From the NCBI GenBank assembly GCA_030141605.1, contig JAQGDQ010000119.1, forward strand, positions 429,005 through 493,004: a stretch of 64,000 nt of DNA, given 5' to 3'. The notes below the pieces were generated by a model. The model was not told the DNA's origin, did no database searches, and saw only the letters and a list, made by a program, of their open reading frames with translations. Positions 60,101-64,000 of the stretch are shown in pieces (position 1 is the stretch's first letter; every line of letters starts with the position of its first letter). This DNA is from Tubiluchus corallicola (Eukaryota > Animalia > Priapulida). The position numbers and the translations under genes are program-made.

Positions 60101-63100
60101 AGTTGGTTTCAAAATTAGTCACACAGACTAATTACATTAAACAGTCTAAAGAAATATGTTTTGATCACAAATGTTTCTTTCACTCGAAATGGTAGAATAC
60201 CTTGAATCAGTTGTGCAATTGTTTTAGCAGAGCAAACTGGGAAACTTCAATACATCCAGAATTGGGATAAAACATCTTATGACAACGCGATGCACCACAC
60301 TTTTATCGAATTCTGAATTTTATTAAATTAACATAAGCCACAATTGGCAAGGACATTCAACAGCCTAAGAACGATCCAAGTGGGCCAGTTTATAGTTTGT
60401 CAGTTTTTTCAGCTAATGTGCACTTAAATGTTGTACAATGAGCAATTAAAGCATGATGGAATAGCATCATGGTTTAAGCATTCACTGTTTCACAGACGAA
60501 ATCAAGCGAACACATTGACATTATATTGATTTCAACGAAACTAAATTCAACGAAAAACGTATGTCTTAAACAATAAACTGACAAATACAAGAACTGATAG
60601 CGTAAACAGCAGGAAATACAAATACTTGCCTATCACACCAGAAGCTTTTATTGTTTTCTTTCTTTTGCTTGTATCTGTTGTCTTTGCTTGCTTAACCTAA
60701 ATTATAGAACATTTCATCTAACTGCTTTTAACATTAACTAAATGTCAAAATATCATTCCAAAACTCCTCAAAGTAAAAGTCTTATTCCAACAGAATTCCT
60801 GCAACTTACTAAACAAGCAGTTGACAGGGTAGAACTAGTTTCTGACTTTAATGTATAGGTGACAGTACCTGTGATGCAGGTATAGTTTGTTACTTATTCT
60901 AAATTAGGTCAGGATTTGCACATCAGTCAGAACTTGTTAACGTTCGAAACTTCCAGTAAACTGCAGTAAATAGTTAAATATTATGGAAAAAATAACGAAG
61001 AATTTACAGCACTATGGGATGCTGTAAACAATCATCAATGAGCACAGCCAAATGATAAATAAATGTGACTCTGAGGACACAAATAGTCAAGCATTTTCTT
61101 TGTGTTCTTGTCTCAGACGGCATTAACACACCGAGTGCATTATTTTCAGTAACTACATGAGTCGAAAAATAACGTACAACACGGCAAAAAAAACACAGAC
61201 TCGCCAATGTTTTATAATTTGAATAATGTATGATCACAGTTAGGAAAAGCCGATATAATTATTTTAAAAATGATCAAATATGGCAGTTTTTGTAGATGAC
61301 TGCGTACTATATTACCTATAAGATATAAGTTATTTCATGTACAATTAATATTTACCGGTCTAGGTGGAGCTAGCCCTGGATATCCCATTGCTGCTAGTGT
61401 TGCCATCGGATCAGAAGTCCCAAATGGTGGTACAGTTCCCGTCATTTTTCGTCTGCAAGGCAAACATTAACGATTGTTTTTTTAGTTTATTGATTTGTTT
61501 AGTGAACAAGAACTAATTCTTATTCTTTGTTACAAGAACCATCATCTGTAAAGTGTCATCTCTTGTGACTAATATGCCTCTGTTGGTTCAGTGTCTCATC
61601 TTTGGAGATGACTATCCTTGAAATGAGCTAAGTTCTGCTACAACTGAAACCACAAACCATTTACATTAAACACGTCCTGCCACGGCATACTAGAACCTAG
61701 CTTTCAGAGTACTGAAAACTATAAATAAAAAATAAATGATATTATGTGCTCTACTTCTTTGCTTTCCGATCTTTCTCTGCTTCGCTACCACTCGACGCTG
61801 TTTCTTCTGACTCACTGCTGGATCCACCAGTTTTCTCATACTTCAGAAGCCTATCCAGCAAAAAGCTAGAACAAAAACAACAGCAATAACTTAGAAAAGT
61901 AGAAATTATAGGTAAGTGTTTAAGATAAAAATATCCACTTTCAGTATTAAAGGAAGACAGGATAATTTTTCATATCTGACCCCATTTTCAAGCATGGTAA
62001 AAATTATACATTCTTAACACCAATAATACTGCAAAAGCATTTCTGATAATTAAATAATAGATTAAAATCTTAATTAATGGTGGGCGATTAATGGCATAAA
62101 AAATGAACAAACATTCCAACAACATGTTACATGTGTTTGCAAAAGAAGTTTGCAGTACAGTGCTACTAAAAGAGATTCATTATGTTGTACTAAAACTCAG
62201 CAGGTTTTTTATAAAAATTCAAATTTCAAGTTTACCGCTGTGCTCACGCATGAGCTGCCGAATGTGCTTACTACGTCACAAACAAACACCACTGAACTGA
62301 ACTGTGTTGCAAAAGAAACGTGCACTAAAAATCTTATGTTAAAACATATAAAAATAATTAAGCATTGTCATAACAAGTTATACTAGTTATATGGTAGGAA
62401 AACTGGGACAATAATGAGACAAATATAATATTATTTTATGTCACTATGGTGCCACAATGCAGAAGTCCTGGTTCACTTTGCCATACATGTCATAATAATC
62501 TACTTCACTGCTTCCTTTGGGATACTCTGATCTAGACACTGTTAGGAAATAACACTCATCAGCTTTGCTAGACATCTCCAAGTCCTTGCTGTCTTTAATT
62601 TTATTCAGTTTTAATTCATTTCAACATTTAAAAATTTTAACCCGACATCAATTGACAAGTTTCAAAGAATTATGCAATTCAAGTAGGAACAAACACCTGT
62701 GTACTCTGGAACCCAGAAACCATTCTTTATACCCAGAAACATATCAGACCAAAATAATGGCTGTATGTATATTGTGGAAGTTCATAATGGTGAAAACAAA
62801 CCTTTTATCTCTTGATATTTTCAGTAATCGTCGCTGACATTTCTTCAATTCTTCTTGAAATGAAATATTTTCCTAGAAAAATATCGTAGTCTTGTTCAAT
62901 GAATGATTAACTGACCACAAACACAAGATTGTGTGGAGCTGGGGCACAAAAGAGCTCCAAGTTACCTAAGTTTGGGTTGCCTAACTCCCTACATTTTCTG
63001 AGTTGTAACAGATCTGAAATCTTGAACCACCCAATTAAAACTGCTGGCCATACAATACCACTAAAGGGTACTGATTGGCTAACTGAAGCTCGTCCCCTGT

Positions 63101-63692
63101 CTGATATAAGAAGGACTAAATGGTTGACTGTCCTGCATTATTTTTTTAAGGTGTATGTGACACATAATCTTAAACCAGTGTCTCACAGTCAACAGCATGT
63201 CCAATAAGATATATCCGCCATTTGACAATATAATAACTCAAGTCCTTTCATTAACACATGTTTTGAATCTGTCCACCACCTGGTATTACAAGAACCCAAA
63301 GTTTGGTTTATACATATAAACCACTTGTAGTTTCATGTCGCCTTATTAACCAGTCTGACTTCCTGGCTTGCAATTGGAAAGTATTCACTAACAAGATAAA
63401 CTGAGAAGATAGCACTACTGAGCGATTAAAGTATAATTCATAGGCGATCATGTTTAGTTCCATTTATCCATTTATAATATGAATGGCATCTAAGTACAAA
63501 CAATTAAAGTAACTTTTGAGACGCTCTTTGAGGCTTTTAACAATTCCAGCAATACAAAAGTATCATTTGACGGGAATATCATGGTAAAGCGTTGGACATA
63601 CTTACATAAACTAAGAACTTTAACTTGGTCTTTAGAGTTTTGTACTTATGTTTGTAGTTGACCTCTTCAGTCATTGAAGCTAAGTTTGACAT
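57117..63692 (-). CDS. INO80E: INO80 complex subunit E (CCDC95), 234 aa, 7 coding exons
   Basis: Exons (-): 63692-63606 (NYKHKYKTLKTKLKFLVY), 62872-62802 (ENISFQEELKKCQRRLLKISRDK), 61865-61755 (SFLLDRLLKYE), 61452-61356, 60696-60630, 59127-58938, 57198-57117 (EEDSLIIDLPESSQ*). The N-terminal coiled coil and C-terminal LIIDLPE match the INO80E family. Confidence 0.9.
59595..60146. mobile_element. MITE in INO80E intron
   Basis: Inverted repeats actgtaggtgtaattagtctgtgtg / cacacagactaattacattaaacagt. Confidence 0.6.
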
Positions 63693-64000
63693 GATATTAG
63701 AAGATGTCCAGCAAAGCTAAATAGCAAATGAAAAACTAATAAGATTGCGACATTGACGGCATCAGCTGCAGAATCTGAAACTCGCAGTACGTTAGTTTTA
63801 TAGATATGGTTGATGATCTCTCGTATGCTAAAAAACTTAAATCTTATCAAGAAGTAAATGCGGTTGTTTAACTGAAATATGTGACTTCAATTTGCCAATA
63901 TTTATCTTTCCATTTTTCTCTTTTAATCAATACCCAGGCACATACTAGAGAACACATAAATAATAAGCCTATTTTTAAACAATGATTAAACATTGATATG

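Overview
AT-rich, intron-rich eukaryotic (invertebrate metazoan-like) genomic DNA, not prokaryotic. Reading exons and splice phases by eye gives four genes. (1) The 3' part of a Mu-class glutathione S-transferase (+, 1011-4124). (2) An ACBD5/ACBD4-type acyl-CoA-binding/FFAT protein (-) with two paralogous alternative first coding exons (16054-16150 and 11492-11558); no coiled-coil/TM exons were found in the window. (3) A complete 17-coding-exon PIWI gene (-, 21734-46067, 872 aa, DEDH tetrad intact). (4) A complete INO80E CDS (-, 57117-63692, 234 aa, one GC-AG intron). Introns and intergenic DNA are packed with MITEs, CR1 LINE fragments, nested DNA transposons (a TTAA-TSD Kolobok-like element and a 4.3-kb element with a 7-bp TSD), a 5S-rRNA-headed SINE with TSD, tandem arrays and a ~600-bp palindrome. 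The most striking unexplained structure is the internal ACBD first exon: it sits between 34-bp inverted repeats (32/34 identical) and carries a compact GATA/FoxA/HNF4-like promoter, suggesting promoter-coupled RNA-loop control of exon choice. All calls were made by eye, with no database search.
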